Below, piece after piece: positions 1 to 11,952 of a stretch of DNA of 64,000 nt. A program made the translations under genes and the position numbers. The notes beneath the pieces are model-generated. The model had not been told where the DNA came from, did not search any database, and was given only the letters and a program-made list of their open reading frames with translations. Where the stretch lies: the NCBI GenBank assembly GCA_965649765.1, contig OZ287749.1, forward strand, positions 59,210,001 to 59,274,000. Reading direction: 5' to 3'. The stretch is from Bispira polyomma. Taxonomy: Eukaryota. Each line of letters begins with the position of its first letter. Position 1 is the stretch's first letter.

Positions 1-119
1 TATTAAAATTACATCAGTAACTCTATATTGAATTACATTTTTGGGGGGAATTTGTTTGAAAAAGAATATCAAACTGATTTAAGTAAGGACAACTACCTTA
101 CCACAGATCTTCACTCAAG

Positions 120-690
120 ATGATGATGAACTTAGCACATGCACCCACAGCTCACCGAGCCCTAGGAATGCCTGGACACACAGCCCTGGGGATGGCTCCT
201 GGAGGAGGGCTAACTGCCTCTCCATTTAGCCCAGCCGCCCCACCTCCATTGTTACATCAGAGGTCTCCATTTGCCATCCAGGAGTTATTGGGTCTAAGCC
301 AGCATCATCACCCAGGCCCGATGGGTCTACCCACGGCGGACACCACCTCACCCCGGCTCCCACATAATCCCCACCCCGCCGAGGCCATCATGTCTGTGTC
401 CTCCTTTATACCCCGGAGTAGTAGCTTACCCACATCTATGATCCCCTCTCAGACGACCCATACCATCCTATCAGAGCCTCATCATCCTGCTCACTATCCT
501 CCCACCACCGGTCCAGGCTCCCCTACCTCCGCAGCCGCCGCGGCAGCCGCCTTCAATTCTTGGAGAAATAACCTAGTCCCATTCCACCCAGGATCTCACC
601 ACCACCATCATCCTGGTCAGCACATGTTAAATCTAGGCGCATCTCCTGGATCATTGGGCCAGGCTCATCTTACAGTGGATACAATGTCAG
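120..690 (+). CDS. Vsx: Vsx exon 1 (eh1/octapeptide, Pro/His/Ala-rich N-terminus)
   Basis: ATG at 120 (AAGATG) with in-frame TAA at 84-86; FAIQELLGL motif, poly-Ala, poly-His; donor CAG|GTAAGT at 690/691, phase 1. Confidence 0.92.
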
Positions 691-751
691 GTAAGTTACA
701 AAAACACATTACTTCTTTGATTGATTACTTTCTTGCATTATGCATTATTTG

Positions 752-904
752 CATAGGCGGATTTTTGATTTTGTAAAAGGGGTGGTACTCTACCACATTA
801 GATTGTAAACATAAATGTTAAAATGTGCTTGTTAGACTCATGTTTGTTATAGGAGGGGGGGGCAGTCCTGACCCATTAGACACCCCACCCTGGACCCGCC
901 ACTG
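752..904. mobile_element. Degenerate short MITE (CAGTGGCGGATCC-type ends)
   Basis: Ends CATAGGCGGAT ... GGACCCGCCACTG are imperfect inverted repeats with G/C-run subterminal sequence; no TSD seen. Confidence 0.5.
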
Positions 905-2539
905 AATTTTTAGAAAAGACTGAATCTAAGAGGTAAATGTTACACGAGATATTATAGGCACTCACAGCTTAGTCAGTCGAGCATATATAAAAAAGATATA
1001 AAAAATCCACCCTTGTATAATAATTGGTTCCAAGGAATATATGGTTTAATGTAGAGACTGACAACTGGATTTATAGAAAGCAGCGTTTTAGTAAACCAGC
1101 TAAAACATAAAGGAATATGTCCTATACAAGGGAAACACGTATTTCAATAAGTCTTCTTCCAAAAAGTACTCAGGTTAGTTATTGCCCACAAGTAAATTTG
1201 TGTGAAACATTTATTGAAAAGGATAAAGTAGTTTATATTATCTTTAAATATTTTCTTGAATATTTTTGGTGAATGGAATAATATGTGACGGGATTTTTCT
1301 TGGTGATATACGGTGATATATACAAACAGATATAACTTATTTTATAAAGCTGCAGGGTATTTTTTAGTAATATACTTTGCTAGACAATAATGGAGTAGAA
1401 TTTTTGTATCACTTAAAATGTATTAGACAATATTTTCTGGGGTTTTTTTTAACCACGTCCCTGGTAAAATTTCATTTGCTAGAAGAATTTAGTTGCTAAA
1501 TATTTAGACCTCAATATCCTGAAGCTGTTGTACGTTCTTTAATTTCTGGGAAGACATTTTACTTTAGAAATAATACTGTGGTACATTTTAGAATAAAATG
1601 CCATTTTCACTTTTGTATTTTGCAAACAACAATAAAATACGAAAAAGACATGAAACCAGTTTATTGGTATTAGGATTTAATTAAGAAATCCCTAAATGGT
1701 TTTAAATTAAAAAAAAATTAGACAGTTGTATTTTACGAAAAAATACCAAATGTTTAGACAGTCTACAGTTATCCAATAAAAAATGTCCAGATTGTAATTT
1801 TTTGTAATTGTTATATTTAGCTGAGTTTTTTTTCTCTCTGGCCACTTTCAAGACTCTCTGGTTATGCAAAAAAGCGTAGGAAGTCGTTTAATATTTTCCT
1901 TGACACTAATAAAGAATTTTTTATCTAATAGTATTTTTTTTAATTTTTATAATTAAGTATTTTTATAATTATTTCATTGACCATGTGCATCACGTTGTAA
2001 AAATGCTAAATGCTATTCACTTCCATTCTTTTGCTTGCTCAATATCTTCATATTAGTATTGTCAAACCATAACAAACCATGGGGTTTTCAAAAAGCCAAG
2101 AAAATGTGGGGGAAAAAATATCTGTGAATTATTATAGGCCAAAATAACAACAGAACTGTACCTTTCATGCTGAAATACGTGAATAATTCTCTTTTACCTC
2201 AACACTCAAACATATGGTATTGGCCAGTGCCAAAGTGAGTTAATAGTGGATGAAGAGGTCAAACTATATGTACAGTAATTTCATATGTGATTTGGGGGCC
2301 ATTTATTTTCTAGTTCTACAAACAAATAGTTTTAGTACAATTAGTACTGCAAACACATATAAAACAATAATGCTATAGTTTAAAAGACTAAAGAAATGAA
2401 GAGAACAAATCATAAACCAAATCCTGTATCAAGCTGACAAATTCTAGATTACTACTGTTATAAGATAACTGCTTTCTTCAATATTTTAGTTTTTTCCTTT
2501 ATAAAACAAAATGTACTTTCCTCTTGATATGATCAGTAC

Positions 2540-2740
2540 TCGCAATTTTAAGATTAGGTTAGTTCGTAGCATCAACGAATGTTGCTGACCAATCTTAACA
2601 TGGGCCAGCATTAAAAATCTAAATTTGGGCTGGTTAGACTTAAGATCGCTAATTTTACTGGCTAATCTTAAGATAGACTGATAAACTTAGGATCTTATGT
2701 TGGACTGTAGTCCATGTTAAGATTAGCGAAATCCTAAGCT
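2540..2740. repeat. Degenerate foldback/palindromic element
   Basis: AATCTTAACATGG (2591) and CCATGTTAAGATT (2712) form a perfect 13-bp inverted pair; several further CTTAAGAT/TAAGATTAG motifs. Confidence 0.45.
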
Positions 2741-5235
2741 TTTCCTCAACACCATTGTCTATTGGGAGTGGGGGGGAATATATGTAGCCTGTAATAACCC
2801 TCAAGGTTTGTTACTGAACTCAAAAAAAAAACAACAAAAAAACTCTAGGTAAATATTTGCATTGCAAAAATAAGGAAACTGTTAATTCGATAACAGGAAT
2901 GCTGAGTTTATTGGTTTGATAATTAATAATAACGAAAATTCCATGTAAATTTTATAGTGTTTCTAGTCCGTCTGTCAACAAGTTCTGTTTGACTTGCTAT
3001 AATTAAAATACATCTTTTGTCACTGTAAAGAAAACTGTAAACGTAAACAAGCTAAATGTTACAGAGATTGTCCAACATCAAATCTGCTCCTTTTAAGTTA
3101 TTTGTATTTTATATGTGGTTGAATTATGAATATGTAATTCAGTCTTTGCAAGAGGTAAAATAATTAGCCAGACTAACGGTAACATTACAGTATCCGTGTG
3201 AAACAACAGCCTTGTCTCACGTGACCTCAAGCTGACCTCTAATTTTTTTTTTTTTTTTTTTATCTCTAGATTTAGTCTCTATGAACTTGACCAATATTAC
3301 TTTCTTAGTTGATTTTTTATTCAATGAGGAAAGAAATAAAAACATCTATTTTGAATTAAACCAGAACACCTGCAGAACATACTGATGTTTTAAAACATAT
3401 GTAGAATATTACAATATATCAGGTTGTAAAAATTATCGTTTTATTAATTAAAATTGTAGTAAAATCCCATTTAAACCCTAGAAATGAACGAGTGGCTGAC
3501 ATGAATAACTGCTTAAAGAACAAGTGAAATAACTACCACAAGCTGATTACTTAATTGCTTCTTTTTCTTTAGGCGTTAGGGTAGTGGGTTAGGAGACTAT
3601 TCTTTCTCCTTTTATTGTCAGCAAATGCTAGTAGTTTGGTGGTAAATGCCAAAGCAATTCACATCAATTATTTCTAATTAACTTTGGCTGTTAATCTGCG
3701 TGAAATGTAAATAGGGATAAATTCGCAGCCATTTACATGGGCTGATCAAGTAAATGTAGAGAAAATATCACTCGATTTCAACAATAACAGCTTGGCTTAA
3801 GGGGCCAGGGTGTAATTAATTCATTAATTGCAGCATGAAGCTTTTAACCGAGCCGTGAAAATGATTTCGCCCGAGAGGGGAGGGGGAAAGCTACGATTAT
3901 TACCAAGATATATAGACGGCTAATTGTTTCGGCCAGTATAAAAAAGTCGGCAAGTTTCGTTCAGGGTTTTGTTTACGTTCGTTAATCGTCTAGATATGTG
4001 CTCGTCCGCGAAAAAGTAAATATAGTTCCCAACTGTAATCAAGTTTTCACTGTGAGATTGAATAAGGTGACGTTTTTGAGTTATCAGTGAGTTAATTAGT
4101 ACTGAAACTAATAATTATGATGACTGTTTCGTACTGGTGTTAACCCCATTTGTATCCATGTTTATTTTCCCAACATGAGGCACGGACTGGACACGTGTTA
4201 TTTGAGAAGACATGGCGTACAATAAAACGTCACATTGCCTTATTGTACTGAGGTGCCAAGAATGCAACAAATCTCGACTTGCTCCAGTGAACTCTGCTAT
4301 TTATAAAGTAAAGATTACATCAACAGCTACTATCAATACATGCCTCTTAGTTAATAAGTTGGCGATTGATGAGTTAATATATTAAAGTGATATGAGCTAT
4401 AGCACCATGTTTGTGGGAATCTTTTTTTCCCCTTCATCAACAATTTTTCACAGTAGTGCTGTTTTGAACCCATAGCAAATTAATTAACAATGTTGAAGGA
4501 CATTTTAAAGCTTAAACTTTAAGGGTTTAGAATTGGGGTGGCGTTTTTTAAGAAAAAAAACCTGATTGGTGTATGGCAACTAGGTTTTATGGCAGTGTAA
4601 CATTTTTGTTCACCCTGGTTCAGTTATAAACTTAATCATGCATAATATTTATTTATCCTGATTTTAGCATTGACGAATTTAATCAACAAGGATCTTGATT
4701 ATGCTAAATAATAAGACTAAAAATATTCAAATAAGCGTTATGTGCCTTTTTGTCAGGTTGTATGTTTTAGGGAAGTTACCCTATGGGGCTTATTAGGACA
4801 CCACAGGTTTATAAACACACCTACCTAATTAGACATGTCAAGTATTAACCAACGTGAATGTGCTAAAAGTGTTAAAAAATTTGATAGACATCACCACCTC
4901 AAGTGGTAAAGTTATTGTCCCTGACAAATAGAGAAACTTGTTTTTCTATTTTATCACCCTTCAACCTCACAGTGTTATAACTTGCCTAATGAGATTTCAC
5001 TGGAGAGTAATTAACAGTTTTGGTTTCTTTTTGCCAGTTTTCAGAGCCCGCCCCCATTTCTGGTCCCTGTGGAGTGTTCTACAAGAACTTCTCACCTCCA
5101 AACCTCCCTGACAGGTCCTTCTAGTTTGTTCTCCCACCCACTGCCTTCCAAACACCATTCACAGTTGATGACATTACATGAATGTCTTCTATTATTATTC
5201 CTTGGTCCTGTGTAAAATGATGGACTGTCTTAGCC

Positions 5236-5289
5236 TTTTACTTGTCAGAAACCCTATCTGTATTTTACTTGTCAGAAACCCTATCTGTA
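5236..5289. repeat. 27-bp tandem duplication
   Basis: TTTTACTTGTCAGAAACCCTATCTGTA twice. Confidence 0.85.
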
Positions 5290-7543
5290 AGATGGTGAAT
5301 AACTGGCTAGATTTGGTAGATTTGCTGTAAAATAACAATTATAACCTGCTTGGTAAAATGAAGCCACAATACATAGTAATTATATTTGGATATATTTCCT
5401 GGTGGATTGATGACTGATTATAGATCTTACTTTAGTATTATTTTTAAAAATATCTTCTCTTGATAACTTAACTATAGAATTAACAACTTACCTGATTGGT
5501 AAAATAACGTTACAACAGTAAAACATAAGGCATTTCTCGATAGATATATTTAGCATAGAATGTTTCATTGCAATTTAGTCTTCCCTAAAGTATGCTTGGA
5601 TTTATTTAGGATCAAAGAAGACATTAAACTTGTAATAAGTAGATGTCACATATGTAGCAACATATTGGATCATATACTAGTATGTGCAAGAACCATACAT
5701 GACAGGTTATGTTACTGATATAAGTGCATTGTATTAAATCTTACAATGCCTATGTTGTTATTAATGTATGTCAGTGTAGCTGTATGTATTCTAAATTTAC
5801 AGGAGTTTTTAAGTGCCTTCTTACCCCCACCTCTGAACCCTGCCTGATAAAATAGCCCAGCAGGATAGTGCCAAAACTTAAACACTGATCAACAGAATTC
5901 TATTGTGTGTTTACTTTCCATAAACAAGGTGTGAAAACATGCAGTAATAATTCTTTCATAGTCTGCTCAGGAATGTAGGTTTAACTGCATGAAAACACAG
6001 AGCCCCCTACTGTTACACTCATTACTCAAGAGAGTGAATGGGAACAAATATTGGGGAGGGGGAGAATACAACTCAACGGCCTTCCGGGCAAAACGTTCTA
6101 TCACACATTCAAAAATAACGCATACCGTTCGATCGATATATATATAGGAATGGAACGTTTTGAAATTCCCACAGTGTCCCCGTGGAGCCTTTAAGGTGAC
6201 GGCCATGTTTAGATTTTGTTTATCTAATTAAGAGGGTGAAAGGTTGTGATCAGTGAAGCGTCACTAAGTAGATATTGTTAGAAGTATATGTGTTCATCAT
6301 AGGAGGGAAATCAATGTAATTAGTCAAGGGCTTTGTAGGAACCCACAGAGAGCAAATCGTTTGGAAATCACTGAGAATGGGTTTCAAAAGTACCAATAGT
6401 TTTAAAGAATACAATATCAGTAAGGGTTGAGATATTGAAGTGTCTGTTATTAAGTAGATGTGTCAAGCAACCGTCCCCTTGGGGCATTTAGATTTATAGT
6501 TGTTTGATTTTTGTATGAGGTCTGAGTATATTAATAGATCAACTTCAATCACTCTCTAATTAGCACATGGTGCAATAAATGTTAAAGACAGTTATTACTT
6601 AATATTCTCATTTAAAAACATTATTGTTTAATTTTAAAGCTGTGTATTACATGTTCATTCTTTAAACAATCAAACTGTGCTTCAAAGTTTACCTTTAATA
6701 AAGCTTTTTTTTTGTATGTTAACAGTAACAGTATACCAAACTATGTCTAAACTACATTACATATGAGTATTTTATAAAGTTTTATAGACTTTTACTAACC
6801 CCTGCAATAATATTTTATCTAGTAAATATAATTTGTTACAGTTACCTGTGATTATAATGTATACAAATGAGCATCACACAATTAACCAGTAAAAATAAAT
6901 AAAATTTTAATGTTTGAAACGAATGCATAGAATTAATGAAAATGACAAGAAATATATATCAACACGAATAATTGTAAATTAAACATGCTTTTATCACTCA
7001 TGAGATAAAAAAAAGTAGTAGGTTTTTATAACAAACTTTATCATCATTTACAAACATAATGTGACAAGACAGAATTAGAAATACAATAGTTTGACTTGCT
7101 TAATAATTGTTTATGAACCAAAAAATCAAACTAATTTGCCTGTAAAATACCCAGATAGTATTCAATGCTACAAATAATTTACAGGTGTTTTAAAGACCAT
7201 GTTACCAACTACTATACCTAATAGTATCTGCTGAAACACGCACAAAAAATCATGTGCATGTGTTTTTCTAATAAAACCTGTCTGATAAACAATTAGTATC
7301 GACTTGTACACCAACAAAAAACAACATAAGTGAAAATGTAGAAGCCAACTGACAGAGGTTTTGACATAAGACAACAAGCAGTTGGTCTAAAGTTATGACA
7401 GGCTCTATAGGAGGTGTTAATCCAAACACTGCTTGGTGTGCACTAAATACTGCTAATCTGGTGGTAAAAAGGCAGGAAAAACACACACTCTGTAGTAACC
7501 TAGCCTTGCTTGAGGCTCAGTTTATTGTTCATAAAAACACATC

Positions 7544-7771
7544 AACAAGAGTTTTTTTTAAAAAAAAAACAGGGTGCACAGGTTGAAATACTCTAACGTT
7601 GATATAGCTACTATATACTCGAGCAGGCTGCGCTTGATAATAATAAACCTGACACCCCTCAGTTTGGCCGGGTCGATTACATCCAACCAATCCATGAAAG
7701 CTTTACATATTCTGTAATATTGGTGGCGCCCTTTTCAGATTGAAAACAATATCAGGATGAGCCTGATAAAA
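7544..7771 (+). mobile_element. Interspersed repeat, AACAAGAG...GCCTGATAAAA family, copy 1
   Basis: Shares CTGACACCCCTCAGTTTGG, GGCGCCCTTTTCAGA and GAGCCTGATAAAA with 34708-34967 and with the reverse-strand copy at 29915-30146. Confidence 0.75.
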
Positions 7772-9149
7772 TGATAAAAGATATGTGCACATCTTATTTA
7801 GTATAAGTTGTTTCTTATATTCGGTGTGTACACAACTTGATTCTGTTAAAAATTTACTAGACGTTTCCGATAATTTGAAGTCTTGAACAAAGATATAGTA
7901 GCAACTTAAAAAATATTTTTTACTTCAGAAACTTCAGTGGGTGGGATGGATTTTTGTTTATTATAATTAATTTATTCGTTTATTATAGTGCTGCTATATA
8001 CTGTTATAATTACAAGACGGCAGATCATTGCAAGAACAAGTATACAGACCTACATACTCAAGGTTGTACTGGTTTATATGTCATTTTACTCACGGTAAGG
8101 TAATTCATAAACAGAAATATACTCGGGTATACAATGCTAGAATTGCTCTCAGACCATAAGTCTTGAAAAAAAAATTCAAAACTAAATTGATTATATTCAC
8201 TTCTACTTTGCTGATATTTTTAACGTTACAATATAAAAAAAGCAGCTGAATTTTGCTCTGAATTTATGGCATGCCTTTTCACGTTGTCTCTGAAAATTCA
8301 ATAACCTTACTGAAACAATAGCCTATTGTTTCTAACCAGGCTGTACATGTTTGTATATTTGTAAACCACTGTGTGTGGGTGTCTCTTTGTTCCCTAGTCA
8401 CTGTATTAATCATGCACAAACTATTACCGTGTTCTTACGTAACTTTTAAGTCTGACGTCATTGTCTTGGAACTAGGGCAGTGCTTGCCTTCACGGCTGGA
8501 ATCCCCATTAGTGACGTCATCAAGTGTTAACAAAACTACTCAAACCATACGGTACCCCCTCCCCGCCCCCCCCCCCTCCCCGTAACCTGCGTGCTAGAAA
8601 TCATTTGTGTGTGAACTATTATGTTTTCTTAAATGCTGCTCACTTGGCTTAATTTATACCAAATTTTCTTTTGATGACAATAAAGTGGTAGTAGCTAAAT
8701 TAATAGATCTTTATGCCGACATAATGAAAACAAAAACCACAAGCTTTATGTGTGTAGGGCTATTATTAATCGATTGTTAAAAATAAATATCAATTTCAGC
8801 ATTTTAAGACAGTATTTTTATCCCAGGGCTATAATTTACTTAAGTAAGTCTTTAGATAAGTCGAAAAATTACACAAGGTAACAAATCTAGTATTACACAA
8901 GTACATATTTAGAGAATATTACTATGTTTGAATTGACATAGTTAGCACTCGGGCTGTTGATGGTAGAACATGATTTTACTCATAGAATCACAAAGTTCAG
9001 CTAATACTAAAGCAGAAAAGTGACGACACAGTAAGGAACACTCCAAGATTGTGAGGGAACCAAAGTTTGAGCAATCATCCTTTTGGATTTATTTACAATC
9101 AAATTCAAAAATAATTTTTAGTATGTTAATAACATTTACTAGTCACACT

Positions 9150-9420
9150 ATGTTTGGAATTGGGTTTGAGTCCTGGGTCCGGCAGCTAGTTTCATTTGGT
9201 GGGGACAACATCCTTGGCCAAGATGTGAACACGCATTTGCCTAGTTGCTCAGATTATACCACTTAAAATGGTGGTCCTCTGTCACTGAGTTCTATATCCA
9301 GTGACAGATTAAAGACCCCAGAGGACGTTGATAAATGGTCAACCTCAAGCCTCGGCACCCATAGCAGCTGTGTATAAGGAAGGACCTGTGAAATGGCTGT
9401 ATTAGTGCGCTATAACAAAT
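9150..9420 (+). mobile_element. Degenerate CORE-like SINE
   Basis: B-box-like GGTTTGAGTCC, CCTTGGCCAAGATGTGAACACGC shared with 32530-32815, and a GCGCTATAA tail. Confidence 0.55.
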
Positions 9421-11717
9421 ATATGTTATAGGTGAGAGCATGACAAGCTGCTGTCTAATAAATAACACATTGTATCAGTTAAACTAAATAATGCAATTTA
9501 CACATTCTCTTCTTACAAGATCTGCATGTCCTTTATTGTCAAATTAATCTGAGTTAGAATTACCATTAGAATTACCCAACTATCTGCCTGTCATTTTTTC
9601 ACTCCCTTAGAAGTTGTTGTTTCCTTCCAGATAAATGTCTTAACAAAATTTACTGTGAAACACCCTGTAACTTTTTACCCAGATCTTCCATTTTTAAAAA
9701 GCCTTTTTCTGCACAGAATCTGATCCCTGGTTATTAAGAGTCCCTAGGACAGGAAGGAATACTGTGAACACTTTCCTCTAACCCCCCCCCCCTTCCCTTC
9801 CCTTCCCTTCCTCCCATCTTCCCTCTCTTCTTGTCTTGTCTCTGTAAGACAAACCCTGGAAGCCTGTGCTGAAAATAATTGGCTAGTGATCGTTCATCAG
9901 CTTGGGTTTCCCCAGCCAGAAAGCTGTCTCCCCTATTACTTCTCAATTAGTAGCAAATTAAGGGTTTATCCTGCTAAAGTCCTTTGTAGTCACTCACTTA
10001 GTCATTTTCCATAACAAATTGTTTTCCATATTCTGAGACTAATTGGATCCCCTTTTTGCATAATAAAATACGGGAGGAATCTAGGCTTAGTGTGGTGTGG
10101 CAAGAAGACAGGTTAATAAGACATTCTTCTTTCTTGTATCATATTCATATCTTGTGTGTATGATGAATAAATACATAAATAAAATAAAGATGGCGTACTG
10201 GCATAAGGTATATGTTAGGGTACAGGTAAGCATGTGTATTATTGGTGTACATTCACATGTGTCTGAAAACAGGTATATTACTTTGTTATTGAAATAGATA
10301 CACACCACCTTGTACTGAAAAAACTATCTCTGTATTGTCGACACTTTGGTTGACGTAATTTCCATCGCTTTTGTTTTGTTTTACGACTCTGTAAAGATCA
10401 TCAAGTAATTCGTGTTGGTGTGAGCGTGTAGTATTTGACAGTATCTTTACAATATTCCTTCCAACTCCTTCTGTACCCCATTTTTCTCCATCCACCCTTT
10501 ACCCCTCTCTCTCTACACATAAAACACCCTTCTCCCACTTCCCTTATCCCTAGCCTTCTGTTCAACACATCTCAAGTAGTCCCTTGTTGGTTCTAACTGG
10601 GACCTAATCACCGTCCTGATTAACTGGGGTTAATCAGCAAATTGCAGAGTGCTCAATCCTCTCTCGAGCCTCTTGTACAAAACATACTGTTAGAGGCAGA
10701 TCAAAGTAGGAGACCAGGAGGGCTTATGGTGGGTAAAGTGGAGCCTGCGGCCGGAAGTCAAGAGTCCCCTTAGTTCCGGAGGTCTGAAAGTATGAAATAG
10801 AGCTTTAGCACGCCCAAAAAAGGGATTTAACTGTATTAAAATCCTCACTTGTTATGGTGTTAATGTAATCATATTTGACGTATATTTTACAGCTAAGATT
10901 TAGGTTAGGTTAACATCATATGACTGTATATTATACTTCGAAAGTCCTACTTACAAAGAAAAAGTTAAAGACGAAAAAAGTTACCGTGTGATCACAAATT
11001 GACATTGACAAAGTAATGTTACTTCAAGTTATAGGCACATTTTAAATTCATACTTGGTAAGCATCTGACACCATCTTTCACTTCTTAGATTTTCATACAA
11101 CAAAAATTTATTCAATAATTTAAACTTACTTTTTTATACTCAATTCAAGGGCGATTTTCGTTTTTCCTGAAGTGATCTGTGCCAGAAATTAGTAGATCTG
11201 AGAGTATACATTTGAAATTTGTCCTGTTAAGAAGACCCTAATCTCACCAGTCTACCTCTGTGGCTGAGCCATGTCTCTGGATACCACTGGGAGTTCCACC
11301 AGACTTGAAGTCCTAACTCCCAACTAATCAAGTCCTACTACACACATACACAACAGTGGACTCTGGTGGTGGTGGGGGGGGGGGGGGGGCGGGGGGGGGC
11401 AGGGCTGCTTTCACATATTGGGCTTTGTGAGACTGGATGACAAATTAAAACTACATCACAACTTTGTAAAAGAAAGGATGGGTGGAAAGGCGGGGGGGTG
11501 GGGGGGGGGGGTGTGTATTATATGTAGCTTACAATGACAGAACACTTTAAACTGTCGATGATGAAACTAAATATTACTCTGAGTGAGTATTATGCTGAAT
11601 TGGGTTTATCACTAATCTTATTGCCTACATTTTTGTTGTGGTTTTTTGTTGCAGTAAATCTGACTTTTTGGTACTGTAACAGTAACATTCAAATGAGCTG
11701 TAGGAGATCTGATATTT

Positions 11718-11952
11718 GTTACCTCGGCCAAGGAGACTATGTTTTCACCACTGTCTCAATTGGTTTACCACTAGGTATACACCAAAGTATTTTGAACCGA
11801 TTTACAAGCCCTTTGGTGGAGGGATGGGGCATGAACCGAAGAAAAAATTACAATGAAGTTGGAAGTGTATCCAGGTAAATCGAAGACTGTTTTACCTTTC
11901 TAACACTGTGGCACCTTGGTGGAAGCCTACGGTCTACCAAGTGCCCTTTCTT
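11718..11952 (+). mobile_element. Non-autonomous element of the TTACCTCCGCCAAGGAGG type (Crypton-like, by recollection)
   Basis: Starts GTTACCTCGGCCAAGGAGACTATGTTTTCACC and ends CCTTGGTGGAAGCC...AGTGCCCTTTCT; a partial reverse copy lies at ~41235-41378. Confidence 0.55.

Noticed and set aside
691-776. Hydrophobic C-terminal tail of ORF 120..776 (transmembrane-like)
   Set aside because: Read-through past a perfect CAG|GTAAGT donor into AT-rich intron and a MITE end; no evidence for intron retention.
5038-5124. Exon-like GC-richer stretch after TTTTTGCCAG/TTTTCAG in intron 1 (EPAPISGPCGVFYKNFSPPNLPDRSF*)
   Set aside because: Both acceptors lead to stops, and the only nearby donor (AG|GTCCTT) is weak and out of phase with exon 2. 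An alternative terminal exon cannot be excluded without RNA data.
11365-11512. Long poly-G runs (also at 29460-29521, 52404, 52920 and elsewhere)
   Set aside because: Homopolymer G/C tracts are scattered throughout the window; no specific structure or context.
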